A program made the position numbers and the translations under genes. A DNA stretch of 64,000 nucleotides from Aplysia californica. Taxonomy: Eukaryota. Positions 15,504 through 29,685 of this stretch are shown here, in pieces (positions within the stretch are counted from its first letter, which is position 1; every line of letters begins with the position of its first letter). Location: assembly GCF_000002075.1 (NCBI RefSeq), contig NW_004797287.1:907900-971899 (forward strand), given 5' to 3'. The notes below the pieces were generated by a model that saw nothing but the letters and a program-made list of their open reading frames with translations, was not told the origin of the DNA and did not search any database.

Positions 15504-16672
15504 TCAGCTGTGATCTGGCTTTTTCCAGAGACGAATAACTTCTGGGTTGAATCGGGTAAGTCGAAGGCGGAATCTCAGAATGCGCGGTGGGAGCTTGGAG
15601 GGATCTTTAGACATAAGAAGGGCAACGAGGGGCTTGTGGTCCGTTTCAATAGTATACTTCATACCTTGTATATATTCACTGAATCTTTCGGAAGACCCGG
15701 TGGCTGCCAATGCTTCTTTTTCGATCACTGCGTACCGCTTCTCAGCCTCCGTCATAGTGCGAGATATGTAACTCACAGGCTTTCTGGAACCATCAGTTTG
15801 GAATTGAACAAGGACAGCTCCTAATCCTCCTTTCGGTGCGTCGGCTGCAATTATGGTTTCCAGTTTTGGGGAGTAGTGTGCTAGCACCGGGGTGGTTGTG
15901 AGGTGTTCTTTAATAGTTTTGAAGGCATTTACCTGTGGTTGTTCCCATATCCATTCATTTTCCTTGTTGAGGAGCGAGCGTAGAGGGTCTGTTATTGGTG
16001 CTATTCCTGAAGTGAATTTCGTCATCTGATTGACCATGACAAGGAACCTTTGCAGGCCTAGAACATCTTGTGGTTGCGGAAACTCAATGATGGCTTTGAC
16101 TTTATCTGGGTCGGCATTGATGCCGGAAGCGTCAATGATGTGTCCGAGAAATTTTAGTGAGGACTTGGAAAAAGAAAACTTTTCATTCAAAGAGAGGCCT
16201 GCGTCTTGGAGACATATCATCACCTCTCATACTCGTTTGTCGTGAGTGTCTTTGTCTGGGGCATGTATGGTAATGTCGTCGATTTGACATACTGTGCCAT
16301 CTTGCTCACGAAGAATCTCTGCCATTGTGCGCTGGGAGACCTCTGATGCTGATGAAATCCCAAAGGGTAGCCTATTCATGTAGAATCGGCCAAATGGAGT
16401 CAGAAGGTAGTGTACTTTCGCAATTCCTCTGATAGCGGAATTTGCCAGAAACCCGATTGTGCATCCAGTTTTGTGAAAAATTTACTGCCTGCGAACTGTG
16501 CAAGGTCTTCCTCTACGGACCTCAAAGGATGGACTTCTCGTTTGACAGCTTTGTTGAGAGCTGTTAAGTCGACACATATGCGAATCGAACCGTCTTGTTT
16601 AGGGACGACTACCATTCCTGCACACCAGTCTGTGGGGTCTGTTACCTTTGAAATTACACCTTGATCCAACAT
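15504..16672 (-). pseudogene. Gypsy reverse transcriptase and RNase H (frameshifted)
   Basis: RICVDLTALNKAV, KLDAQSGFWQIPL, LPFGI, QIDDI catalytic motif (~16272-16286), KFLGHII, ADA..GLGAVL, YAVIEKEALA, ETDHKPL. Confidence 0.93.
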
Positions 16673-16860
16673 CTATTCTAGCTGGGTTTTTTACCTTAGG
16701 CAAGAGGGGGTGGGCTATTTTCTTAGGTGTGTAAATGTGCGATGGCTCTATGTTTTCATGCAGTTTGATGGTGTAAGGTTTTTTCAACTTGCCCAGACCT
16801 GAGAAAAGTTTGGGGAATTGTAGCTTGAAATCTGGCTTCGGTTCTTCAAGTACTTGTACT

Positions 16861-18099
16861 CTAGTGACTAATCCCAACTTGACACATGCATCGCAGCCCA
16901 GGAGCGAGTGCTGTTGTTCTTTCACAACATACATTTTCTCTCTTGTCTTTGTGACTCAAGGTCTTTGTTGTGTAGCCTAGAACAGTCAAGTTTTGTCCTC
17001 CCGCAACACGGAGTAGTTTGTCTGGTCGTTTAAGTTCATTGGGGGCAACATTGATGTCTTTTTCACCCCTAACTGTAACTGAAGCACCAGTGTCCAACTT
17101 GAAAGGGTGTAGACGTCCGTCTACCTGGATCCCAACTGTCCAGTCGCTATCGTCTGTGAGTTGGTACACTTGTCCAAGAAACGCATAAGGAGGTTTATCT
17201 TCTGAGCCAAGATGCAAATCCAAGTTGAACTGCACCTCAGCCACCTGTTTGGACTTGGGCTCTAATCTCTCTGAGGCATGTTCAGTCCCTGAGCGACAAA
17301 CCTTTTGGTAATGTCCGAGTTTGTTGCAGGTGTTGCAACGTGCTGTACGAGCTGGACATTGAGTCCGTGGGTGGTTGGAATAGCCACAAAATCGGAAGGA
17401 TGAAGTGAGCTTACTAGGTACGTGTTGGTGTTGAGATTGCGTTTGTGCACTGGGATAGGGGTGCTGAGGGTTACGATTCGTAAAATGTCTTTGGTTTTGG
17501 TTCCATTTCACTGCCTCTACGTCTGCTGTCATGGAGTCTTGAAGGACTTTGCCCTGGGTTGCGGCGTCCTCTGTAGAACGGTAGATATCTATACACTTTT
17601 CCAGTGTGAGTTGCCTTTCCTTTAGTAAGTCTGTGTGAGCCTGTTGGGCTTCAATGCCCGTGACAATTTTGTCTCGTATCAATGAGTCTCTGCAATCATT
17701 GCAGCTTTTAGCAAGTCGTCTAAGATCTGCCAGGAATGTGTCGAAGGTTTTTCCGTGCGTTTGGTTTCTCTTATTGAATTTGAAACGTTCGTAATTTTCA
17801 TTTTGTTCGCCTATGACTAACTCATCGAATTTTTGTATAATTTCTTGAAGTGAGCGGTCGTTTTCACCTGTAGTGAATTTGAACCCATTGTGGATTCGGA
17901 GTGCTTCGTCGTCCAAGCTATGGAGAAAGAGTGCAACTTGGAACCTTTGATCTAAGTTTTCTAGACGTGAGAGGAGGACATATGTATTCCATCTCTGCTT
18001 GAATAACTTCCAGTTTACTACTGGATTAGACCCCAGGACCAGTTTGTCCGGTGGTTTGATACCTGCAATGATCGGTTTCGTGGTCTCCGCTTCGGCCAT
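16861..18099 (-). pseudogene. Gypsy gag plus aspartic protease
   Basis: 412-aa ORF with NWKLFKQRW, ERFKFNKRNQ, IRDKIVTGI, CCHC knuckles (FCGYSNHPRTQC, CNTCNKLGHYQKVC) and protease FKLDTGASV. Confidence 0.92.
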
Positions 18100-18251
18100 C
18101 TCAGGGCTAGATCTAGATCACAGTTTACACACAAATTACCTGACTTATTAAACAATAAATGTTCCGTCCTTCAAAATATCCATAGATCTTTATTTTGTCC
18201 AGATGTTGCTCGATATGTATAGATTGACATTGATTGTGGGTTCTTAGAGTA

Positions 18252-18264
18252 ACCGCTGCCGCCA
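18252..18264 (-). promoter_or_regulatory. Primer-binding site, tRNA-Leu type (TGGCGGCAGCGGT)
   Basis: Directly follows the 5' LTR terminal CA; one mismatch to TGGTGGCAGCGGT, the complement of the tRNA-Leu 3' end. Confidence 0.8.
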
Positions 18265-18364
18265 TGTCCGGAACCGGAAGTCTCGCTCGCCTACTTCCGT
18301 GGGTCCCCTCGAGTTGCCAAGTTGTCTGTTCGACGTTAGGTGCCAAAGTACACATAATACTACA
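18265..18364 (-). repeat. 5' LTR (100 bp)
   Basis: TGTAGT...GGACA; homologous to the 3' LTR but 22 bp shorter at the U5 end. Confidence 0.9.
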
Positions 18365-19132
18365 ACGATGTCCTAGCAGAAAGACCGAGAAACGGGATGA
18401 AAATTCTCCCCCTTTTGGAATCAAACTCAAGTCCTCTGGTTGCAACGGCAAAGAGACTGACTTATACACCTCAAACTCTAGTAATCTTATTTAGCATGAG
18501 AGCATGAGTAAAGAAAGCACAAGATGAAGATGAACCCATAAACATGACATCTAAGTACAACATGCACAAACAAATGGACAATTAGCCGTGAAATAGAGAA
18601 AAAGAGATAGTTGAAAAAAGAAAACACCAAGTAGTAAATACTGATGATGATAATGGAAAAATGACTTTCCCTTTGAGGTAAGAGAAGCATGAAGCACTTT
18701 GAAAAACAATGGCCATAATAGAGCAGATGAAAAGTAAGACAGGTAGCAGACAGAAATTGCAGTGGGAAGAAAAGAAGGACCCTCAAGAGGCGCCCAACAA
18801 ACACCCACGATGAAAAGAATAAAAACGAATACCTTACCAATAAAACGTACAACGAAAATGACCAGTAAGATGGATTCCACACTATAAATTTATTAAATCT
18901 AATATGCATATTATATTATTTCAGCTTGATGCACAAAAGGAGATTGAGTCGTTTCAATATTGTACAAAAAATAATGGAAGCTCCCATGCAGTTCAAAGAA
19001 AAGGCACATAAAAAAGATTAAGATAGTCCAAATATTACAGAAATTCAGTTTTTCTAACTCTTGAAATGTTATTTAAACGGACAGAAACGCATTGGCAGTT
19101 CAATCTGTGTATACATATATTTAATACGAGTT

Positions 19133-20768
19133 CCAAAGGGTCAACAGCGTGGGGTTGGAGCAAAGTCAAGATACAAGTTCGAATAGGTCAACAGCGTGGG
19201 ATTGGAACTGAGTGAAGATGGGGTTAGAGCTAATTCAAGATATGATTTCTACAGAGTCACCAACGTGGGGTTGGATCTAAGTCAAAATACAGGTTCTTAA
19301 GGGTCAATAACGTGGGGTTGGAACTAAGTCAAGATACAAGTCCTAAAACGTCAGCAATGTGGGGTTGGAGCTAAGTCAGAATAATAATAGATAATAATAA
19401 TGTAGATCATTTCTATGGTGCCCACTCCCGTGTGAACAAAGCTCTGGGTGCTTTACATAAATGCAAGTACGAACAATAGTCATGCACGCGCACGCGCACG
19501 CGCACACACATACACACACACACGCTAAACACACACGCGCGCGCACGCACACGCACGCATTCACACGCGCACACACGTATGCCAAACACACACACATACA
19601 CACACACACACACACATACACACACACACACACACATACACACACACACACACTTACTTGCTTATCTCACGCGCACGCCTTCACATCGTTACGAAATGAA
19701 AGTATACAAATACATAAAATAATATCCACATCGCAGTTCGGAAAATACATTAAAGGATACGTAGTGATTTACATAACATTGTACTGAACATGAAACTACT
19801 GACATAAAAATGATATGTCTTTAAATATGTTTAAAGTTAAGACTCGGATGTTGTATGTCTAATTGTTGTAAACCTTTTCGATGAACTCTTTAAAGATGCT
19901 GATCACCTAATCTTAGTGATCTACGTGGGATATAAATCGGGATGAGATCACTAAGATATGAGACAGGGAGCTTTGTTATTGGCACATTCATGAAATAATA
20001 TTGGAATTTATTACGTGTTCTAAAAGGTGAATAAAGTAGGGTTGGGATGAAGTCTATCCATGAATTCTAAAGGATCAACAATGTGGGTTTGAACTAAATC
20101 AAGATACAAATTCTAAAGGGTCAACAATGTGGGGTTGGAGCTAAGGGCTTATAACTTTGGGTTGGAACTAAGTCAAAATATATGGGTTCTAAAGGGTCAA
20201 TAACATGGGTTTGGAGCTACGTCAATACATGGGTTCTAAGGCGTCAACAATGTGGGGTTGGGGCTAAGTCAAAATGCAACTTATAAAGGGCTAATTACGT
20301 GGGGTTGGAGCTAAGTCCAAATATTTCGATTCTATAGGGTGAATAACGTGGGTTTGTAGCCAAGTCAATATACATGTGGTTCTAAAGGGTCAACAATGTG
20401 GGGTTGGAGCTAAGTCAAAATATATGGGTTCCAAAGGGTGAAAAACGTGGGTTTGGAGCTAAGTCAATACTTGGGTTCTAATGGGTCAACAACGTGGGGT
20501 TGGAGCTAAGTCAGAATAATAATAATGTAGAGCATTTCTATAGTGCCCACTCCTTTGTGAACAAAGCTCTAGGCGCTTTACATAAATGCATGTACGAACA
20601 ATATAGTCATGCACGCGCACACACATACACACACATACATACACACACACACACATAAACGCTAAACACACACGCTAAACACACACGCTAAACACACACG
20701 CTAAACACACACGCTGAACACACACGCTGAACACACACGTGCACGTACACGCACTCACACACGCACGC

Positions 20769-20859
<91 letters not shown>

Positions 20860-21942
20860 TTACTTGCATATCTCACGCGCATGCCTTCACATCGCTACGA
20901 AATGAGCGTATACAAATGCATAAAATAATATACACATCTCAATTCGCAAAATACATTAAAGGATACATAGTGATTTAGATAAAATTGTACTGAACATGAA
21001 ACTACTGACATGAAAATGATATGTCTTTAAATATATTTTAAGTTAAGACTCGGATGTTGTATGTCTAATTTGTTTTAAACCTTTTGGATGAACTCTTTAA
21101 AGATACTGATCGCTTAATCTTAGTGATCTACGTGGGACATAAATCTGAATGAGATCACTAAGATATGAGACAGGGAGCTTTGTTATTGGCACATTTATAA
21201 CATAATAATTGCTATTTTATATGTGTTCTAAAGGGTGAATAAAGTGGGGTTGGGATGAAGTCTATCAATGGATTCTAAACGATCAACAACCTGAGTTTGA
21301 ACTAAGTCAAGATACAAGTTCTAAAGGGTCAACAATTATGGGGTGGGAGCTAAGGGCTTATAACGTTGGGTTGGAACTAATTCAAAATATACGGGTTCTA
21401 AAGAGTCAATAACATGGGTTTGGAGCTACGTCAATACATGGGTTCTAAGGGGTCAACAATGTGGGGATGGGGCTAAGTCAAAATACAACTTTTAAAGGGC
21501 TAATTACGTGGGATTGGAACTAAAACAAGATACAAGTTCTAAAGGGTCAACAATGTGGGGTTGGAGCTAAGTCAAAATATATGGGTTCTAAAGGGTGAAA
21601 AACGTGGGTTTGGAGCTAAGTCAATACATGGGTTCTAAGACGTCAACAATGTGGGGTTGGGGCTAAGTCAAAATACAACTTTTAAAGGGCTAATTACGTG
21701 GGATTGGAACTAAGTCAAAATATATGGGTTCTAAAGGGTGAATAACGTGGGTTTGGAGCTAAGTCAATATTTGGGTTCTAATGGGTCAACAACGTGGGGT
21801 TGGAGCTAAGTCAGAATAATAATAAATAATAATAATGTAGATCATTTCTATAGTGCCCACTCCTGTGTGAACAAAGCTCTAGGCGCTTTACATAAATGCA
21901 TGTACGAACAATAGTCATGCACACGCACACACACACACGCAC

Positions 21943-22003
<61 letters not shown>

Positions 22004-23758
22004 ACACACGTTAAACACACACGCTGAACACACGTGCGCACGCCCACGCACTCACATGCACTCACACACGCATGCCATACACACACGCACACTCAAACCT
22101 TTACTTGCTTATCTCAAGCGCACGCCTTCACATCGCTACGAAATGAGCGTATACAAATGCATAAAATAATATACACATCCCAATTCGCAAAACATATTAA
22201 ATGATACATAGTGATTTAGATAACATTGTACTGAACATGATACTGACATGAATATTATATGTCTTTAAATATATTATTTAAAAGTTATGACTCGGATGTT
22301 GTATGTCTAATTTGTTTTAAACCTTTTGGATGAGCTCTTTAAAGATACTGATCGCTTAATCGTAGTAATCTACGTAGGACATACATCTGGATGAGATCAC
22401 TAAGATGGAGCTTTGTTATTGGCACATTTATGACATATTGCAATTTTATACGTGTTCTAAAGGGTGAATAAAGTGGGGTTGGGATGAAGTCTATCCATGG
22501 ATTCTAAAGGATCAACAATGTGGGTTTGAACTAAGTCAAGATACAAGTTCTAAAGGGTCAACAATGGGGGGTGGGAGCTAAGGGCTTATAACGTTGTGTT
22601 GGAACTAAGTCAAAATATATGGGTTATAAAGAGTCAATAACATGGGTTTGGAGCTACGTCAATACATGGGTTCTAAGGGGTCAACAATGTGGGGTTGGGG
22701 CTAAGTCAAAATACAACTTTTAAAGGACTAATTACGTGGGGTTGGTGCTAAGTCAAAATATGGGTTCTAAAGGGTGAATAACGTGGGTTTGGAGCTAAGT
22801 CAATACATGTGGTTCTAAAGGGTCAACAACGTGGGGTTGGAACTAAGTCAATATACACGTTATAAAGGATCAACAATGTAGGATTGGAGCTAAGGGCTAA
22901 TAGCGTTGGGTTGAAACTAAGTCAAAATATATGGGTTCTAAAGGGTGAAAAACGTGGGTTTGGAGCTAGGTCAATACATGTGGTTCTAAAGGGTCAACAA
23001 TGTGTGGTGGGAGCTAAGTCAGAATAATAATTAATAATAAAAATGTAGATCATTTCTATAGTGCCCACTCCTGTGTGAACAAAACTCTAAGTACTTAACA
23101 TAAATGCATGTACGAACAATAGTCATGCACGGGCACACAAATACACACACGCATAAACGCTAAACACACACGCTAAACGCTAAGGGCTTATAACGTTGGG
23201 TTGGAACTAAGTCAAAATATACGGGTTCTAAAGAATCAATAACATGGGTTTGGAGCTACGTCAATACATGGGTTCTAAGGGGTCAACAACGTGGGGTTTG
23301 GGCTAAGTCAAAATACAACTTTTAAAGGGCTTATTACGTGGGGTTGAAGCTAAGTCAAAATATATGGGTTCTAAAAGGGTGAATAACGTGGGTTTGGAGC
23401 TAAGTCAATACATATGTTATAATGGGCCAACAACGTTGGGTTGGAGCTAAGTCAGAATAATAATAGTAATAATTTAGATCATTTCTATAGTGCCCACTCC
23501 TGTGTGAACAAAACTCTAAGTACTTAACATAAATGCATGTACGAACAATAGTCATGCACGCGCACACAAATACACACGCATAAACGCTAAACACACACGC
23601 TAAACACACACGCTAAACACGCACGCTAAACACGCACGCTAAACACGCACGCTAAACACGCACGCTAAACACGCACACGCACGCACACGCACGCACTCAC
23701 ACGCACTCACACGCTCACACACGCTCTCACACGCGCACACACGCGCACACACTCATGC

Positions 23759-23803
<45 letters not shown>

Positions 23804-24549
23804 ACTTGCTTATCTCACGCGCACGCCTTCACATCGATACAAAATAAGCGTATACAAATACATAAAATAATATACACATCGCAGTTCCCAAAATACATCA
23901 AAGTATACGTAGTGATTTACATAACATTGTACTGAACATGAAACTACTGACATAGGAATGATATTATGTCTTTAAATGTATTTAAAGTTAAGACTCCGAT
24001 GGTGTTTGTCTAAATTGTTTTAAACCTTTTCGATGAACTCAAGATGCTGATCGCCTAATCTTAGTGATGTACGTGGGATGAGATCACAAAGATATGAGAC
24101 AGGGAGCTTTGTTATTTGCACATTTATGACATAATATTGCAATTTTATGTGTGTTCTAAAGGGTGAATAAAGTGGGGTTGGGATGAAGTCTATCCATGGA
24201 TTCTAAAGGATCAACAACGTGAGTTTGGAACTAAGTCAAGATACAAGTTCTAAAGGGTCAACAATGTGGGGTGGGAGCTAAGGGCTTATAACGTTGTGTT
24301 GGAACTAAGTCAAAATATATGGGTTATAAAGGGTCAAATAAAGTGGGTATGGAGCTAAGTTAAGATACAAGTTCTAAATCGTCAACAATGTGGGGTAGCA
24401 GCTGAGTCAGAACAATAATAATATAGACCATTCATTTCTACGGTGCCCACTCCCGTGTGAAAACAGATCAAGGTTCTTTACATTGCATGTACGAACAATA
24501 TTCGCGCACGTGCACGCACGCACATGCACACACACACGCACACACACGC

Positions 24550-24585
<36 letters not shown>

Positions 24586-25175
24586 ACATACACATACACA
24601 ACACACAACACGCAAATGCCAAACATTTACTTTCTTATCGCACGCGCACGCCTACAAATCGTTACAAAATAAGCACATACAAATATATAAAATGATATAC
24701 ACAATGAAATTCGCAAAATACATTAATGGATACATAGTCATTCACACAACATTGTACTGAACTTGAATCTACTGACATAAAAATGATATGTCTTTGAAGA
24801 TATTTTAAATTTAGACTCAGATGTATGTCTCAAGTGTTGGGGAAGAGAGTTCTAAACTAATGGAGCATGGTGAGCAAACGATCTTTCAGGTTATTTTTTT
24901 ACCTCCTTTTCTAGGAACTCTTTAAAGAAATTGATCACCTAATCTTAGTGATCTCGGTGAACATAAATCTGGATGAAGTAACTAAGATATAAGGGAGGTT
25001 TGTTATTGACACATTTATGACGTAATATTGATGTGTATAAGGGTAAACAATTTGGGGTTGCAGCTAAGGTAATATACAACTTTTAAAGGGCTAATAACGT
25101 GAGGTTTGAAGTAAGTCAACATATAATTTCTAAAGGGCCAACAACAGGAGGTTGGATCGAAGTCAAGATATAAGT
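19133..25175. repeat. Hierarchical tandem repeat: 47-49 bp minisatellite blocks within ~1.0-1.3 kb higher-order units
   Basis: Monomer ~AAGGGTCAACAATGTGGGGTTGGAGCTAAGTCAAAATATATGGGTTCTA; the non-monomer part of each unit starts TCAGAA at 19376, 20511, 21811, 23019 (truncated), 23452, 24407. Confidence 0.92.
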
Positions 25176-25849
25176 GTTAATGCGTTAAGAAAGTATATTT
25201 GAAAAATTAGCCTTGAACGTGGCGCTCTGCTCCTGCAGATGGTCCTCCAGTCCTGCCGGCATTTCTAGGTCTTGGTACCGGTCCTCTGGTCCTCCAATCC
25301 TACAGGGTTTGTATGAGGTCCTAGTAATGAAAACGTGTCAAAGAAAATCCTCTGATAAACTTACAGTTCAATATAAAAGTATTCATTATGTAGGTAGTAC
25401 AGCGAAATTTAAGGTTGGTTACTAATACTAATACTATGACGAGTAAAGGTATTTTAGAGAAGTCTAAATGCTAAAATATTTAAAGCCAGACCCATCAGTG
25501 CAAATGTTCAAAATGTTCTTTAACATAAGATAACGAAACTGTAGATAGCAATGTTATGTACCGTTTTGATTTGAACCACATTAATCATAACAAATGTAAA
25601 TTCTTAAGTATCTTTCAGGACTTATAAATGGCAAGGGGCAGTTTTTGAGAAACACTTAAATGCAAAAACGAAATTTTCGGGCCCATCAAATTATTACTCT
25701 TTTACTTCAACTATACAAATCATTAGATACATAATGTCTTCTGTCAGTAAGACACATTTCAAAATCAATTACCTTCTCAAGCTATCCATCTTTCAATACT
25801 TCGGTTTTGCGGTTTTCCAGTCACGGTGATCCTACAGGCTATCCTGTCC

Positions 25850-26535
25850 CACTGGTAGTATCAGAACACCTACCACAGGATGGTCAAAAGCAAAAGAAAC
25901 AACTGGCAGTGTTTGTTTGATCCACTGTGATTACATTTTGCAACACCACTGATACATTTATGACAGGGCAACATCAACACGCTGCAAAGAACAATCCAGA
26001 ATACAAAAGTCACTTCAACATTCAAGGTGAAAATCAGCCAGAAGCTCTTCCCAGCCTATTCTACTCCTGCCATCCTATCCCCCTGAAAAGACTCAACCTA
26101 CCCCTGCTGCCCACTCACTATCCCCCCCCCCAAAAATAATTTTAAAAAAAAATTCTACACTGTTTCCCTCATATCCCTCCCGCCATGGCCATGGCAATAC
26201 TGTCTAACCTATCCTACTCTGAACCTAGTCTGTCCATCTAGGTCTCTATCAACCTATCTCTATAGGGCCACAGCAGTGTAGGTAGGAGTCTTTTAAAGGG
26301 GGAAGAGGGGGACAGAAGTAGAATTGGGTGGGAAGAGCTGCCTAATGATTTTGAGCTTGAGTGTTGGAAGGGAATTTTGCATGCTAGCTTGTTCTTTTCA
26401 GCTTGTTGGTGCTGCATTGCCATTACTGTTTCAATGATGCTGTAAAACGCATACTCAAAAATAGATCAAACAAACACTACTAGCTGTTTATTTGACCATC
26501 TACCTTCTGTGGTAGACTTACTGATAACACCAGTG
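25850..26535 (-). ncRNA. Long imperfect inverted repeat / hairpin copy 1 (arms ~25850-26112 and ~26265-26535)
   Basis: The reverse complement of the right arm aligns end-to-end with the left arm (e.g. AGTGTTTGTTTGATC / GATCAAACAAACACT; AGCTCTTCCCA / TGGGAAGAGCT; AAAAGACTC / GAGTCTTTT). The inverted repeat is certain; RNA function is inferred. Confidence 0.75.
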
Positions 26536-27692
26536 CCTTCTTGCCGAAAAGTACGATGAGCGACAGTAATCTGAGAAAGTAAATTCAAAATGAAATCAGT
26601 TTGAATTATTACATTTTGAGTTTAAGCACATTCATATTGGAGCATCTAAATTATTTGATACGTGATTATTTAAATGCAGCAGCACATTCTATTTACATAA
26701 TCTAAGTAGTAAAAAATGGTAGTATGTGACACGGGAAGGAATGTTTGCTGTTCAAGGAAAGGTATACACCCTACATTGTGTCCTTTTAATCATTTAAAAA
26801 TTGTGTTTCCAGTATTCCTATACTGATGTGAAAAGAAAGACATGACCATAAGAGGCTGAAAAATAAGTACAACCTTCAAATGACACTGAAGCAAACATCA
26901 ATTGTTTCCATTAGAATTACGACGATTACGAGCAACATTCGTTGGTTTATTTTCAGGAGCGATTANNNNNNNNNNNNNNNNNNNNNNNNNNNNNNNNNNN
27001 NNNNNNNNNNNNNNNNNNNNNNNNNNNNNNNNNNNNNNNNNNNNNNNNNNNNNNNNNNNNNNNNNNNNNNNNNNNNNNNNNNNNNNNNNNNNNNNNNNNN
27101 NNNNNNNNNNNNNNNNNNNNNNNNNNNNNNNNNNNNNNNNNNNNNNNNNNNNNNNNNNNNNNNNNNNNNNNNNNNNNNNNNNNNNNNNNNNNNNNNNNNN
27201 NNNNNNNNNNNNNNNNNNNNNNNNNNNNNNNNNNNNNNNNNNNNNNNNNNNNNNNNNNNNNNNNNNNNNNNNNNNNNNNNNNNNNNNNNNNNNNNNNNNN
27301 NNNNNNNNNNNNNNNNNNNNNNNNNNNNNNNNNNNNNNNNNNNNNNNNNNNNNNNNNNNNNNNNNNNNNNNNNNNNNNNNNNNNNNNNNNNNNNNNNNNN
27401 NNNNNNNNNNNNNNNNNNNNNNNNNNNNNNNNNNNNNNNNNNNNNNNNNNNNNNNNNNNNNNNNNNNNNNNNNNNNNNNNNNNNNNNNNNNNNNNNNNNN
27501 NNNNNNNNNNNNNNNNNNNNNNNNNNNNNNNNNNNNNNNNNNNNNNNNNNNNNNNNNNNNNNNNNNNNNNNNNNNNNNNNNNNNNNNNNNNNNNNNNNNN
27601 NNNNNNNNNNNNNNNNNNNNNNNNNNNNNNNNNNNNNNNNNNNNNNNNATTCGTATTTGCGGTAGTCCAGTCCAATAGGTGGTCATCTGTCC

Positions 27693-28394
27693 CACTGGTA
27701 GTATCAAAACACCTACCACAGGATGGTCAAAAGCCAAAGAAGCAGCCGGCAGTGTTCGTTTGATCCACTGAGTATACATTTTGTAAAACCACTAATACAA
27801 TTCTGACAGTGCAACACCAACACGCCGCAGAGAACAATCCAGTATACAAAAGTCACTTCAACACTCAAGTTGAAAATCAGCAAGCAGCTCTCCCCAGCAT
27901 ATTCTATTCCTGCCACCCCATTCCCCCTGAAAAGACTCAACCTACCCCTGCTGCCCACTCACTACCCCCCCCCCTACCCCCAAAAAATGAACAAAAGAAA
28001 AAAAATCGTACACTGCCCCCCTCATATCCCTCTCGCCATGGCCATGGCAAAACTGTCTACAAAATCCTACTCTGAACCTACCCTGTCCATCTAGCTCCCT
28101 ATCAACCTATCTCTACCTCTACAGGGCCACAGCAGAGTAGGTGGGAGTCTTTTAAAGGGGGAAGAGGGTGACAGAAGTAGAATTGGGTGGGAAGAGCTAC
28201 CTAATGATTTTGAGCTAGAGTGTTGGAAAGGAATTTTGCAAGCTAGCTTGTTCTTTGCAGCTTGTTGGTGCTTCACTGCCATTACTGTTTCAATGATGCT
28301 GTAAAACGTATACTCAAAAATGGATCAAACAAACACTACTAGCTGTTTATTTGACATTCTACCTTCCGTGGTAGACTTACTGATAACACCAGTG
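27693..28394 (-). ncRNA. Long inverted repeat / hairpin copy 2
   Basis: Same arms and loop as copy 1, CACTGG...CCAGTG ends. Confidence 0.75.
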
Positions 28395-29685
28395 CCTTCT
28401 TGCCGAAAAGTACGATGAGCGACAGTAATCTGAGAAAGTAAATTCAAAGTGAAATCAGATTGAATAATTAAATTTTGAGTTTAAGCACATTCATAATGGA
28501 GCATCTAAATTATTTGTTACTTGATTATTTAAATGCAGCAGCACATTCTATTTACATAATCTAAGTAGTAAAAAATGGTAGTATGTGACACGGGAAGGAA
28601 TGTTTGCTGTTCAAGGAAAGGTATACACCCTACATTGTGTCCTTTTAATCATTTAAAAATTGTGTTTCCAGTATTCCTATACTGATGTGAAAAGAAAGAC
28701 ATGACCATAAGAGGCTGAAAAATAAGTACAACCTTCAAATGACACTGAAGCAAACATCAATTGTTTCCATTAGAATTACGACGATTACGAGCAACATTCG
28801 TTGGTTTATTTTCAGGAGCGATTAGACGGGCCCAGTGGCAGTTTTGAGAGAAACCTATAGGTAAAAATTAAGCTTTCAGCTGACCTGGTATTGAGGTATT
28901 CTAATGTTTTTTTAAACGTCTAAATAGACCAAGACATCTGTCAAAGACAAATACCTTCCAGGGATGATCATCAGACAACATTTCTTGTTTTTTGATACAG
29001 TGGATATGGACAATCTTCTGGTCCTGAAGGCGATCAACCGGTGATGAAGGCAGTCTTGGTGATGAAAACAATGACGTGTCAAAGATTGATTGAGTATAAT
29101 GTGTAAAAGATTGATTGAGTGATTGAGTATGTGTTTTACGGCACTGTCAAAGAAAATCCAACATCTCGTTTTTTTATTTAGTATTATAGGATAAAACAAT
29201 TCTCTATACTGGTATCGATAAAGAAAAGAGAGGGAGTTTTTTTTACACTTTCATTAACACAATTTAGATCACTTAGGGTGTAGATTTCCGTCATTTTAAG
29301 TGGAACCCTATCTCATCGATGGATATTCTAATTTTATAGTCATTGTGAGTTAAATTATGTCCTAATAATTTTGGAACTAATGCTGATCATTATTCATCAC
29401 TTCTCGTTTCTTGACAGTCTCGATAGTAACAGTCCATTGTCGTTGGTCTATCGGTCCTCCAGTTCCACAGGCGGTCCCTCCAGAATCGTTTTGATGAAAG
29501 AAAAAATGAAATTCTCACGCACCAATGAATATTTTTTTCGTTAGTACAAAAATAAAATGTTATATAATTTCTTAATAAATCAGAGAGTAGAATTGCAAGA
29601 AATATTTCAAATTACCTACATAGGCTGCCCATCATTCATCAATTCGTATTTGCGGTAGTCCAGTTCAGTAGGTGGTCATCTGTCC

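Noticed and set aside
18487-18909. Hydrophobic 140-aa ORF as a membrane protein or NUMT
   Set aside because: Explained by T-rich composition; no recognisable mitochondrial or other motif.
19133-25175. CRISPR-like array
   Set aside because: The sequences between the conserved cores are variants of each other, not unique spacers; eukaryotic context, no cas genes.
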